Made by a program: the position numbers and the translations under genes
Notes under the pieces: generated by a model
Seen by the model: the letters and a program-made list of their open reading frames with translations, nothing else
What the model was told of the DNA's origin: nothing
The model's database searches: none
Part shown: one piece after another, positions 53,802-62,205 of the stretch
Layout of the letters: each line of letters begins with the position of its first letter
Numbering within the stretch: the first letter of the stretch is position 1
From: Escherichia coli
GTDB lineage: Bacteria; Pseudomonadota; Gammaproteobacteria; Enterobacterales; Enterobacteriaceae
Reading direction: 5' to 3' (one strand)
Assembly (NCBI RefSeq): GCF_003991155.1
Contig: NZ_CP031293.1
Length of the DNA: 64,000 nucleotides

Positions 53802-54806
53802 ATGCCGGGAGCACCCTCATTTATTGCCCTGGACTGGGGAACGTCATCGCTTCGGGCATGGCGTTTTGGCGAATCACCAAATCCACAAGAAAAACGTGAA
53901 TTCCCCTGGGGGATCATGAAATTACCCTCCCAGGCAGCAACACGTGAGGACGCTTTCCACGATACGTTTTTACGTGTCTGCGGCGACTGGCTGGCACAAA
54001 CCCCATGCCCGGTACTGGCTTGCGGCATGCTCGGCAGTGCGCAAGGGTGGCAACCAGCAGCTTATTTACCTTGCCCGGTCACTCTCGAGGGTCTGGCGAA
54101 GCAGTTGACGCCTGTTATCCACCAGCAGCAGACAATGCTGCACATCATTCCTGGCGTGATTAAAGAAGGTGAAATGCCCGAAGTGATGCGTGGCGAAGAG
54201 ACACAAATCTTCGGTGCTATCTCGATGGAACCGGCCCTGCAAAACGCGATCCATCAGGGTATGCCAGTGCTGATAGGCTTACCCGGCACACATGCGAAAT
54301 GGGCAGTAGTTGAAAACAACACCATTACCGATTTCCGAACCTTTATGACGGGCGAGTTATTTGATGTTTTATCCCGCCATTCGATTCTCGGTGCCACCAT
54401 GCATCCTGGAGATGAACCGCACTGGGATGCCTTCACCCACGGGCTGACAGCAGCACAAGAGCATCATCAGACCGGATTATTATCGACGCTGTTTTCGACC
54501 CGTTCGCGCCTGCTGACCAGTAATCTTACGTCGTCCTCGCAGGGGGATTACCTTTCCGGATTACTGATAGGCCATGAATTATGTGGTCTGGCATCCAGTT
54601 TGCTACGTGATTTACCCGCCACAACACCGATCGCCTTAATCGGTAGCGCAAATCTGAACAGCCGCTATTCACAAGCATTCAACCACGTTTTTCCCGACAG
54701 ACAGATACACGCCATTCCCAATGCCACTGAACAGGGATTATGGCGAATCGCCCACGCTGCCGGGTTACTGTCCACCAACGCCAGGGAATGTACCCATGCC
54801 ATTTAA
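53802..54806 (+). CDS. 2-dehydro-3-deoxygalactonokinase (DgoK)-family sugar-acid kinase
   Basis: 334-aa ORF; motifs shared with DgoK as recalled: IALDWGTS-LRAW, VMRGEETQ, PGTHAKW, DFRTFMTGEL, LSGLLIG; RBS AAAGGAAA upstream. Confidence 0.7.
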   Translation: MPGAPSFIALDWGTSSLRAWRFGESPNPQEKREFPWGIMKLPSQAATREDAFHDTFLRVCGDWLAQTPCPVLACGMLGSAQGWQPAAYLPCPVTLEGLAKQLTPVIHQQQTMLHIIPGVIKEGEMPEVMRGEETQIFGAISMEPALQNAIHQGMPVLIGLPGTHAKWAVVENNTITDFRTFMTGELFDVLSRHSILGATMHPGDEPHWDAFTHGLTAAQEHHQTGLLSTLFSTRSRLLTSNLTSSSQGDYLSGLLIGHELCGLASSLLRDLPATTPIALIGSANLNSRYSQAFNHVFPDRQIHAIPNATEQGLWRIAHAAGLLSTNARECTHAI

Positions 54807-55425
54807 TACGCTTTTGCAAAAAACCGGTTTAGTCGCCATTTTACGCGGTGTGAAACCGGATGAGATTGTCGCCATCGGTGAAAAACTGTACGCCGCCGGA
54901 TTCCGCCTGATTGAGATTCCTATGAACTCGCCGGAGGCGTTGCAAAGTATCAGTTTACTGCGCGACGCCCTGCCTAAGGACTGCCTGGTCGGAGCCGGAA
55001 CTGTGCTTTCGGTAGAGCAGGTGGTTGCGGTTAAAGAGGCTGGGGGCCAGATTATCGTGATGCCGCATTGCGATACTGCGGTGATCCGTCGCGCCCGTGC
55101 GCTGGGTATGTATTGTGCGCCTGGCGTCGCCACGCCCACCGAAGCCTTTGCTGCCATTGAACATGGTGCTAATGCCATCAAGCTGTTCCCAGCTGAACAA
55201 ATTACGCCAGAAGTTACCAAAGCCTGGCGTGCGGTTATTCCACAATCCGTTCCGATGTTACCGGTTGGCGGTATCACACCGGAAACCATGGCGCGTTATC
55301 TGAGCCACGGCGCAAACGGCTTTGGCCTCGGTTCTGCGCTATATCACCCCGGCATGACGCCAGAGCAAGTCTATGAAAATGCAGTACTGTTTATGAACGC
55401 ATGGAACAATTTAAATAGCAACTAA
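54796..55425 (+). CDS. KDPG/KDPGal (DgoA/Eda)-family class I aldolase
   Basis: ORF 54721..55425; probable start MPFNTLLQKTGLVAILRGV at 54796, overlapping the kinase 3' end by 11 nt; aldolase-family motifs (IEIPMNSP, GAGTVL, PGVATPTE, VGGITPE). Confidence 0.7.
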   Translation: MPFNTLLQKTGLVAILRGVKPDEIVAIGEKLYAAGFRLIEIPMNSPEALQSISLLRDALPKDCLVGAGTVLSVEQVVAVKEAGGQIIVMPHCDTAVIRRARALGMYCAPGVATPTEAFAAIEHGANAIKLFPAEQITPEVTKAWRAVIPQSVPMLPVGGITPETMARYLSHGANGFGLGSALYHPGMTPEQVYENAVLFMNAWNNLNSN

Positions 55426-55449
55426 CTGATAAATAAGGATATAAAAGCA

Positions 55450-56424
55450 ATGATAAAACATCTTACCTTACCGAAAAAAATGGCTGCAATGGTACTTCTT
55501 GCAGGCGCTGCCCTCAGCATTGCGCCTGTACAGGCAGCCTCCTACCCAACCAAACAGATCGAGTTAGTCGTTCCCTACGCTGCCGGAGGCGGTACGGATC
55601 TGGTTGCCCGTGCCTTTGCTGATGCCGCCAAAAACCATTTACCCGTCAGCATCGGGGTTATCAATAAACCTGGCGGAGGCGGTGCTATCGGCCTGAGTGA
55701 AATCGCCGCTGCCCGCCCTGGCGGTTACAAAATTGGTTTAGGCACAGTTGAACTGACCACCCTTCCCAGCCTCGGAATGGTGCGTTTTAAAACCAGCGAC
55801 TTTAAACCCATTGCCCGTCTGAATGCGGATCCGGCTGCTATCACAGTCCGTGCCGATGCGCCGTGGAATAGCTATGAAGAATTTATGACTTACGCCAAAG
55901 CGAATCCCGGAAAAGTACGCATTGGTAACTCAGGCACCGGAGCTATCTGGCATCTGGCGGCAGCTGCACTGGAAGACAAAACGGGCGCAAAGTTTTCTCA
56001 TGTCCCGTATGACGGCGCAGCCCCTGCCATTACAGGCCTGTTAGGCGGGCACATTGAAGCGGTTTCCGTAAGCCCAGGAGAAGTTATCAACCATGTGAAT
56101 GGCGGCAAGCTGAAGACACTGGTAGTGATGGCGGATGAGCGAATGAAAACCATGCCTGACGTCCCGACGTTAAAAGAGAAAGGCGTTGATCTCTCCATCG
56201 GCACCTGGCGCGGCCTGATTGTGTCGCAAAAAACGCCGCAGGATGTGGTGGATGTTCTGGCAAAGGCAGCAAAAGAGACGGCTGAAGAGCCTGCATTCCA
56301 GGATGCACTGCAAAAGTTGAATCTCAACTATGCATGGCTTGACGCTGCCAGCTTCCAGACCCAAATCAGCGAACAGGAAAAGTACTTTGACGAGTTGCTG
56401 ACTCGCCTGGGCCTGAAAAAATAA
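55450..56424 (+). CDS. tctC: Tripartite tricarboxylate transporter (TTT) periplasmic substrate-binding protein, TctC/Bug family
   Basis: 324-aa ORF; signal peptide; resembles TctC/Bug proteins. Confidence 0.8.
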   Translation: MIKHLTLPKKMAAMVLLAGAALSIAPVQAASYPTKQIELVVPYAAGGGTDLVARAFADAAKNHLPVSIGVINKPGGGGAIGLSEIAAARPGGYKIGLGTVELTTLPSLGMVRFKTSDFKPIARLNADPAAITVRADAPWNSYEEFMTYAKANPGKVRIGNSGTGAIWHLAAAALEDKTGAKFSHVPYDGAAPAITGLLGGHIEAVSVSPGEVINHVNGGKLKTLVVMADERMKTMPDVPTLKEKGVDLSIGTWRGLIVSQKTPQDVVDVLAKAAKETAEEPAFQDALQKLNLNYAWLDAASFQTQISEQEKYFDELLTRLGLKK

Positions 56425-56437
56425 ACCTGAGGTACGG

Positions 56438-56947
56438 TTGATGAACACAAAACAGTCTGTTGCTCAACTCGCCGTACCGCACCGCAAGCGCCTTTCATCA
56501 ACGATGGTGGTGGCGCTGTTACTTTGTGTGGTTGCTGGCGCGGTGATGATTAATGCCGCTGATTTTCCAGCAACGGCCATTGAAACGGATCCCGGTGCAA
56601 GTGCCTTCCCTACTTTCTATGCCTGCGCTCTGATTGTGCTCGCTGTCTTGCTGGTGATACGCGATCTTTTGCAGGCAAAACCAGCCTCTTGCGCCAACGC
56701 ACAGGAAAAACCGGCATTCAGGAAAACGGCAACAGGAATTGCGGCAACCGCGTTTTATATTGTGGCGATGAGCTACTGCGGTTATCTCATTACTACTCCT
56801 GTTTTCCTCATCGTCATTATGACGTTGATGGGCTACAGGCGATGGGTACTCACACCGGGTATTGCGCTGCTGTTAACGGCAATCCTCTGGTTGCTGTTTG
56901 TCGAAGCGTTACAGGTGCCATTGCCTGTCGGCACATTTTTCGAATAA
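56438..56947 (+). CDS. tctB: TTT small membrane subunit TctB
   Basis: 169-aa hydrophobic ORF between tctC and tctA. Confidence 0.7.
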   Translation: MMNTKQSVAQLAVPHRKRLSSTMVVALLLCVVAGAVMINAADFPATAIETDPGASAFPTFYACALIVLAVLLVIRDLLQAKPASCANAQEKPAFRKTATGIAATAFYIVAMSYCGYLITTPVFLIVIMTLMGYRRWVLTPGIALLLTAILWLLFVEALQVPLPVGTFFE

Positions 56948-56959
56948 CAGGGGCCAGCA

Positions 56960-58450
56960 ATGTTTGAAAGTGAACTTTTAACTCAGGGTTTTTCGACATT
57001 ACTCAATAATCCTCAGGCGCTGCTGTTTGCCACTTTTGGGGTGATGCTGGGTATTGTGATTGGCGCTTTGCCTGGTCTGACAGCGACCATGGGTGTGGCG
57101 ATTTTGCTGCCTTTCACCTACGGCATGGAGCCTGTTTCTGGCTTGTTGATGATTTGCGGCGTCTTTTTTGGTGGCGTCTACGGTGGTTCTATCACCGCAA
57201 TTTTGCTCAAAATTCCCGGAACGCCTGCCGCCGCAGCCACCGCTATTGATGGTTATGAGCTGACGAAACAGGGAAAAGCAGGGCTGGCATTGAGTGCCGC
57301 CACGTTCTCTTCCTTTAGTGGCGGAACGCTCAGCATTATCGTGCTGATGTTTCTCTCTCCGGTACTTGCCAGTTGGGCGCTGAAATTTAGTGCCTCGGAG
57401 TCCTTCGCCCTGGCAACCTTCGGACTGAGCATTATTGCCAGTATTTCCGGTGAGTCGCTGATTAAAGGGCTGATTGCCGGGGTTGGCGGATTGCTGATCG
57501 CAACGATAGGCCTTGATCCAATGGGCGGTTTTCCACGGTTTACAGGTGGATTTGTGGAGCTGATGAATGTGCCATTTATCCCGGTGATGATTGGTTTATT
57601 TGCTGCTTCAGAAGCATTCCGCTCTATGGAGCAAAACCAGCAAATTCGTCAGGGGGCGAAGGTGGCTATCGGCAGTCTGTTACTGCCCTGGCAAACACTA
57701 CGCCGCATTGCATTAACCATTTTGCGCTCATCAGGATTAGGGGTTTTTATCGGCATGATCCCCGGTGCGGGGGCGGATATTGCAGCTTTTGTTGCCTATA
57801 ACGAAACTCGTCGTTTCAGTAAGACACCAGAAAACTTTGGTAAGGGTGAAATTAAAGCTGTGGCCTCCTGTGAGGCAGGCGCGAATGGCTGCACCGGTGG
57901 CGCATTGTTACCTATGCTGACGCTGGGGATCCCTGGCGATGCGGTAACCGCCATCATGCTGGGCGCGTTAACGTTACAGGGAATGCAACCAGGCCCGCTG
58001 ATGTTTACCGACCACGGCGATATGGTTTATACACTGTTTGTCGGCATGATCTTTTGTTACTTCATGCTGCTAGTTCTTGGACTGCTCTCTTTGAAAGTCA
58101 TCGGTAACGTGGTGAAGATCCCCGGCAATATTCTCACACCGATGATCCTCGCACTTTGTGTGGTCGGGACTTATGCGTTGAACAATAGCCTGTTTGATGT
58201 TGGCATTATGCTGATTGCAGGCGTGGTGGGCTATTTCATGCAGAAAGGAGGATATCCGGCATCACCCGTAGTGCTGGCATTGATTATGGGCCCGATGGCA
58301 GAAAGTAATTTTCGCCGTGCGCTGTCGCTTTCAGGGGGTTCACTGGACTTTCTGTATACCCGACCGGTCACTCTGGCATTGCTAACTCTGGCAGCCTTTA
58401 CGCTACTGACGCCAATAATCCGCAAAATAATGCGTTTACGGCGTCAGTAA
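56960..58450 (+). CDS. tctA: TTT large permease subunit TctA
   Basis: 496-aa polytopic membrane ORF with Gly-rich TM segments. Confidence 0.8.
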   Translation: MFESELLTQGFSTLLNNPQALLFATFGVMLGIVIGALPGLTATMGVAILLPFTYGMEPVSGLLMICGVFFGGVYGGSITAILLKIPGTPAAAATAIDGYELTKQGKAGLALSAATFSSFSGGTLSIIVLMFLSPVLASWALKFSASESFALATFGLSIIASISGESLIKGLIAGVGGLLIATIGLDPMGGFPRFTGGFVELMNVPFIPVMIGLFAASEAFRSMEQNQQIRQGAKVAIGSLLLPWQTLRRIALTILRSSGLGVFIGMIPGAGADIAAFVAYNETRRFSKTPENFGKGEIKAVASCEAGANGCTGGALLPMLTLGIPGDAVTAIMLGALTLQGMQPGPLMFTDHGDMVYTLFVGMIFCYFMLLVLGLLSLKVIGNVVKIPGNILTPMILALCVVGTYALNNSLFDVGIMLIAGVVGYFMQKGGYPASPVVLALIMGPMAESNFRRALSLSGGSLDFLYTRPVTLALLTLAAFTLLTPIIRKIMRLRRQ

Positions 58451-58457
58451 CTGATAT

Positions 58458-58487
58458 CGCTCCCCGAAGTTGGGGAGCGTTTTTTTA
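58458..58487 (+). terminator. Rho-independent terminator ending the accessory operon (abuts the udp stop)
   Basis: cgctccccgaagttggggagcg followed by TTTTTTT. Confidence 0.8.
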
Positions 58488-59249
58488 TTTCAGCAGACGA
58501 CGCGCCGCTTCCACCACGATTTTCACCGCATGGCTTTCGGTTTGTTTCATCGTCTCAGCATTCGGGATCTCTTGCTGGGTGCGGTTAACGATAACCCCCG
58601 CTACCATACCGGCACGCAGGCCCTGACTTGCACACATGGTCAGCAGGGTTGCAGATTCCATTTCATAGTTCATTACGCCCATCGCCTGCCACTCTTCCAT
58701 AGAACCTTTAAAGTGACGAACTACGCGACCAGAGTAAGTATCGTAACGTTCCTGACCAGGGTAGAAGGTATCAGAAGAAGCTGTCACGCCAACGTGAGTC
58801 GTCGCGCCAATGGATTTCGCAGCTTCAACCAGCGCAGTCGTACATTCGAAATCAGCGACAGCCGGGAATTCCAGCGGTGCGAAGTGCAGGCTCGCACCAT
58901 CCAGACGAACAGACGCCGTGGTAACCAGGACATCGCCAACATTAATATGCGGCTGAATAGCGCCCGTTGTGCCGATACGCAGGAAGGTGCGAATGCCCAG
59001 CTGTGCCAGCTCTTCAACAGCAATAGAGGTAGACGGGCCGCCGATACCGGTAGAGCAGACGATAACAGGTTTACCATCCAGCTCTGCACGCCAGGTGGTG
59101 AATTCGCGATGAGATGCCAGCTTAACCGGCTTATCCATCAGCGCGGCGATCTTTTCCACACGATCCGGGTCGCCAGGGACGATGGCAAGCGTAGCCCCTT
59201 GTAAATCGTTTTTAGTGAGGCCGAGATGAAAAACATCAGACTTGGACAT
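58485..59249 (-). CDS. udp: Uridine phosphorylase
   Basis: ORF 58485..59255; start [11 protein letters not shown]. Confidence 0.96.
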   Translation of the reverse strand: MSKSDVFHLGLTKNDLQGATLAIVPGDPDRVEKIAALMDKPVKLASHREFTTWRAELDGKPVIVCSTGIGGPSTSIAVEELAQLGIRTFLRIGTTGAIQPHINVGDVLVTTASVRLDGASLHFAPLEFPAVADFECTTALVEAAKSIGATTHVGVTASSDTFYPGQERYDTYSGRVVRHFKGSMEEWQAMGVMNYEMESATLLTMCASQGLRAGMVAGVIVNRTQQEIPNAETMKQTESHAVKIVVEAARRLLK

Positions 59250-59374
59250 ATACAACTCCTCTGTGAATCGGTTTAGTCAGAAGAAGCAAAAAGACACTTT
59301 ACCGAAGGGTTTAACATTTTTTCGTGATACTCATCACCATGACGAAAATGCGTTGCATAAATTTACCCGCCAAA

Positions 59375-59390
59375 AGTGATGCAAATCACA
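59375..59390. promoter_or_regulatory. CRP-binding site in the udp promoter region
   Basis: AGTGA-tgcaaa-TCACA matches TGTGA-N6-TCACA; a TGTGA half-site lies at 59445-59449. Confidence 0.6.
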
Positions 59391-59510
59391 TAAATCACTC
59401 TTCATTCTGCAGGACTGCATAAAAGATGAGCCGATTCAGGCAATGTGATTTGTTGCATGCTGACTATAGTTAACATTGCGCAACATTTTTATAAGGGTAC
59501 GGAGAATACC

Positions 59511-60320
59511 ATGGCAACAACACAACAATCTGGATTTGCACCTGCTGCATCGCCTCTCGCTTCGACCATCGTTCAGACTCCGGACGACGCGATTGTGGCG
59601 GGCTTCACCTCTATCCCTTCACAAGGGGATAACATGCCTGCTTACCATGCCAGACCAAAGCAAAGCGATGGCCCACTGCCAGTGGTCATTGTAGTGCAGG
59701 AAATTTTTGGCGTGCATGAACATATCCGCGATATTTGTCGCCGTCTGGCGCTGGAGGGGTATCTGGCTATCGCACCTGAACTTTACTTCCGCGAAGGCGA
59801 TCCGAATGATTTTGCCGATATCCCTACGCTGCTTAGCGGTCTGGTAGCAAAAGTGCCTGACTCGCAGGTGCTGGCCGATCTCGATCATGTCGCCAGTTGG
59901 GCTTCCCGCAACGGCGGCGATGTTCATCGTTTAATGATCACCGGATTCTGCTGGGGTGGACGTATCACCTGGCTGTATGCCGCGCATAATCCACAGCTAA
60001 AAGCCGCAGTGGCGTGGTACGGCAAACTGACGGGCGATAAGTCGCTGAATTCACCGAAACAACCTGTTGATATCGCAACCGATCTTAACGCGCCGGTTCT
60101 CGGCTTATATGGCGGCCAGGATAACAGCATTCCGCAAGAGAGTGTGGAAACGATGCGCCAGGCGCTGCGGGCAGCAAACGCGAAAGCAGAGATTATCGTG
60201 TACCCGGATGCAGAGCATGCGTTCAACGCTGATTATCGCCCGAGCTATCATGCCGAATCTGCGAAAGATGGCTGGCAGCGAATGTTGGAATGGTTTACAC
60301 AGTATGGTGTTAAAAAGTAA
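59511..60320 (+). CDS. ysgA: Dienelactone hydrolase-family protein
   Basis: ORF 59445..60320; start at MATTQQSGF preceded by GGAGAA; alpha/beta hydrolase. Confidence 0.85.
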   Translation: MATTQQSGFAPAASPLASTIVQTPDDAIVAGFTSIPSQGDNMPAYHARPKQSDGPLPVVIVVQEIFGVHEHIRDICRRLALEGYLAIAPELYFREGDPNDFADIPTLLSGLVAKVPDSQVLADLDHVASWASRNGGDVHRLMITGFCWGGRITWLYAAHNPQLKAAVAWYGKLTGDKSLNSPKQPVDIATDLNAPVLGLYGGQDNSIPQESVETMRQALRAANAKAEIIVYPDAEHAFNADYRPSYHAESAKDGWQRMLEWFTQYGVKK

Positions 60321-60576
60321 CGCCATAGTCGCTAAATCTGATGATTAAGCTCACGCAATTTCAACGATTTTTTTAATCTCAAAACCATACAGCATCAAAA
60401 AATTTGTTGCTGTATGCCACTCTTTGACTCCCTTCACATTCGTCATCACACCACCTGCTGAATGCAAAAATTTCGTTGCTGTGCGGCAAACTTTTTTCCT
60501 GTTTTGTGCCGCTTTTCTCCTGAATACTCGTTCTCAGAACAACTGGATCGTTTAAACATCAGACAGGAGATTTACC

Positions 60577-61245
60577 ATGACGCAATCCATTTTTCAGGCT
60601 CAACCCTTTGAATTACCTTTTGATCCGCGCACAACTGCACTGGTCATGATCGACATGCAGCGTGACTTTGTCGAAGCAGGGGGCTTCGGTGAGGCACTGG
60701 GCAATGATGTTTCACTGGTACGCACGGCTATCGCACCATGTACAGAGGTGCTGGCAGCCGCACGTCAAAAAGGAATTATGGTTATTCATACTCGTGAAGG
60801 CCATCGTGCAGACTTAAGCGACTGCCCGCCAGCCAAACTGACGCGCGGCGGAAAAACCTTTATTGGTGAACCAGGACCGATGGGACGCATTCTGGTCAGA
60901 GGTGAAGCAGGTCATGACATCATTCCTGAACTGTACCCGGTGGCAGGCGAACCGGTGATTGATAAGCCTGGCAAAGGCGCGTTTTATCAAACCGACTTAC
61001 ATCTGATTTTGCAAAACCACGGTATCAAGACGCTGATAGTTTGTGGTGTTACAACCGAAGTTTGCGTAACCACCACCGTGCGCGAAGCAAATGATCGTGG
61101 CTATGAATGCATTATCCCGGAAGATTGTGTCGGCTCCTATTTCCCGGAATTCCAGAAATACGCCCTCGAGATGATCAAAGCACAAGGTGCCATTTTCGGT
61201 TGGGTTACTGATTCCAAAGCCATTATTGCAGGCCTGGAAGGCTAA
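60577..61245 (+). CDS. Isochorismatase-family cysteine hydrolase (amidase-like)
   Basis: 222-aa ORF; Asp in MIDMQRDF, Lys in KPGKGAF, Cys in VCGVTTEVCV: the D-K-C triad pattern of this family. Confidence 0.75.
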   Translation: MTQSIFQAQPFELPFDPRTTALVMIDMQRDFVEAGGFGEALGNDVSLVRTAIAPCTEVLAAARQKGIMVIHTREGHRADLSDCPPAKLTRGGKTFIGEPGPMGRILVRGEAGHDIIPELYPVAGEPVIDKPGKGAFYQTDLHLILQNHGIKTLIVCGVTTEVCVTTTVREANDRGYECIIPEDCVGSYFPEFQKYALEMIKAQGAIFGWVTDSKAIIAGLEG

Positions 61246-61250
61246 CACCG

Positions 61251-62111
61251 ATGGTACAGGTTACGCTTTGCGCATCGTCGTTGGGATATCTTTTCCCGCA
61301 GAATGAAACGCAAGATTTACGTCTACATAGCGCTTTTAAACATGCGGTAAATCTGTATTCAGACGCGGGAACATTCATCACTCTGTTGTGTGCGCAAACG
61401 TATCTGAATCTCCCTGATGCAGCCAGAGTCTGGCTACCTGAATGTTGGGACTGGCGAAGAGAGATTGCCCATTCAGATCCCATTCAGTTAACCCCAGGCT
61501 TACTGCGGACACCTCGATTTTGTGTGGCGCTCGAAAACGCAACGCTCTGGCAGTCGCCATTTGTGGGGGGAATGCTGACACTTGAGGCATTCCCTTTGGT
61601 TTTCCAGCACTACCCAACGATGGCATCGCAACGGCTTTTATTTTGTCTGGAACATAACGTTCAAAGCACATTGCACCTGCCGGATAGTCTCACGCACCAG
61701 GGATTAGCGATTATGGAGCATCCAGATGCGCTGGAACGCCAGGTGCCACAACTGATCGGCTTTGGTAAAGGCTTAACGCCCGATGGAGATGACTATTTGT
61801 TGGGCTATCTGGCAGCACTCTGGTTATGGCAACTCCCTGCACCACTTGCCGATCATCAATACCGGTTGCAGCAGGTAATTGATCAACATGCGCACAACAC
61901 CACGGATATCAGTCGTCATTATCTGGAGCGTGCGCTTCAGGGACATTTTTCAGAACCGATTTGCCAGTTACTCGCACAACTGGTTGGGAGTGCATCGGCA
62001 ATGACAATCGCATCCTGTGCAGAACAGGTCATGCAATTTGGCGCAACGTCAGGAGTAGATTGCCTTGCAGGAATGCTGCATGGCTTTCGAACCCTGAACA
62101 CCATAAATTGA
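61251..62111 (+). CDS. Conserved hypothetical protein, possibly DUF2877 (YahE/YlbF-like)
   Basis: 286-aa ORF starting 5 nt after the hydrolase stop; GFGKGLTPDGDDYLLGY motif; assignment by position next to the FdrA-like gene, not verified. Confidence 0.45.
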   Translation: MVQVTLCASSLGYLFPQNETQDLRLHSAFKHAVNLYSDAGTFITLLCAQTYLNLPDAARVWLPECWDWRREIAHSDPIQLTPGLLRTPRFCVALENATLWQSPFVGGMLTLEAFPLVFQHYPTMASQRLLFCLEHNVQSTLHLPDSLTHQGLAIMEHPDALERQVPQLIGFGKGLTPDGDDYLLGYLAALWLWQLPAPLADHQYRLQQVIDQHAHNTTDISRHYLERALQGHFSEPICQLLAQLVGSASAMTIASCAEQVMQFGATSGVDCLAGMLHGFRTLNTIN

Positions 62112-62205
62112 TTTCAACCTTTTCTCCCGTAGCCCGTTTATGGGGCTACACGGGGATGCTTTGCCCGAATTTTGCTATCGGGCGGAATGAAACAGGCGTA
62201 ACAGC

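Noticed and set aside
52795-58487. Classical genomic-island signatures (integrase, tRNA attachment site, flanking direct repeats) around the rmuC-udp accessory operon
   Set aside because: None seen: no integrase or tRNA adjacent, and no flanking repeats found by eye, so I describe it as a strain-variable operon rather than a mobile island; GC content was not computed
60321-60576. Sigma-54 promoter upstream of the FdrA-type cluster
   Set aside because: No convincing TGGCAC-N5-TTGCW match found by eye (closest is tgccac..., lacking the GG); left as unassigned repeated motifs
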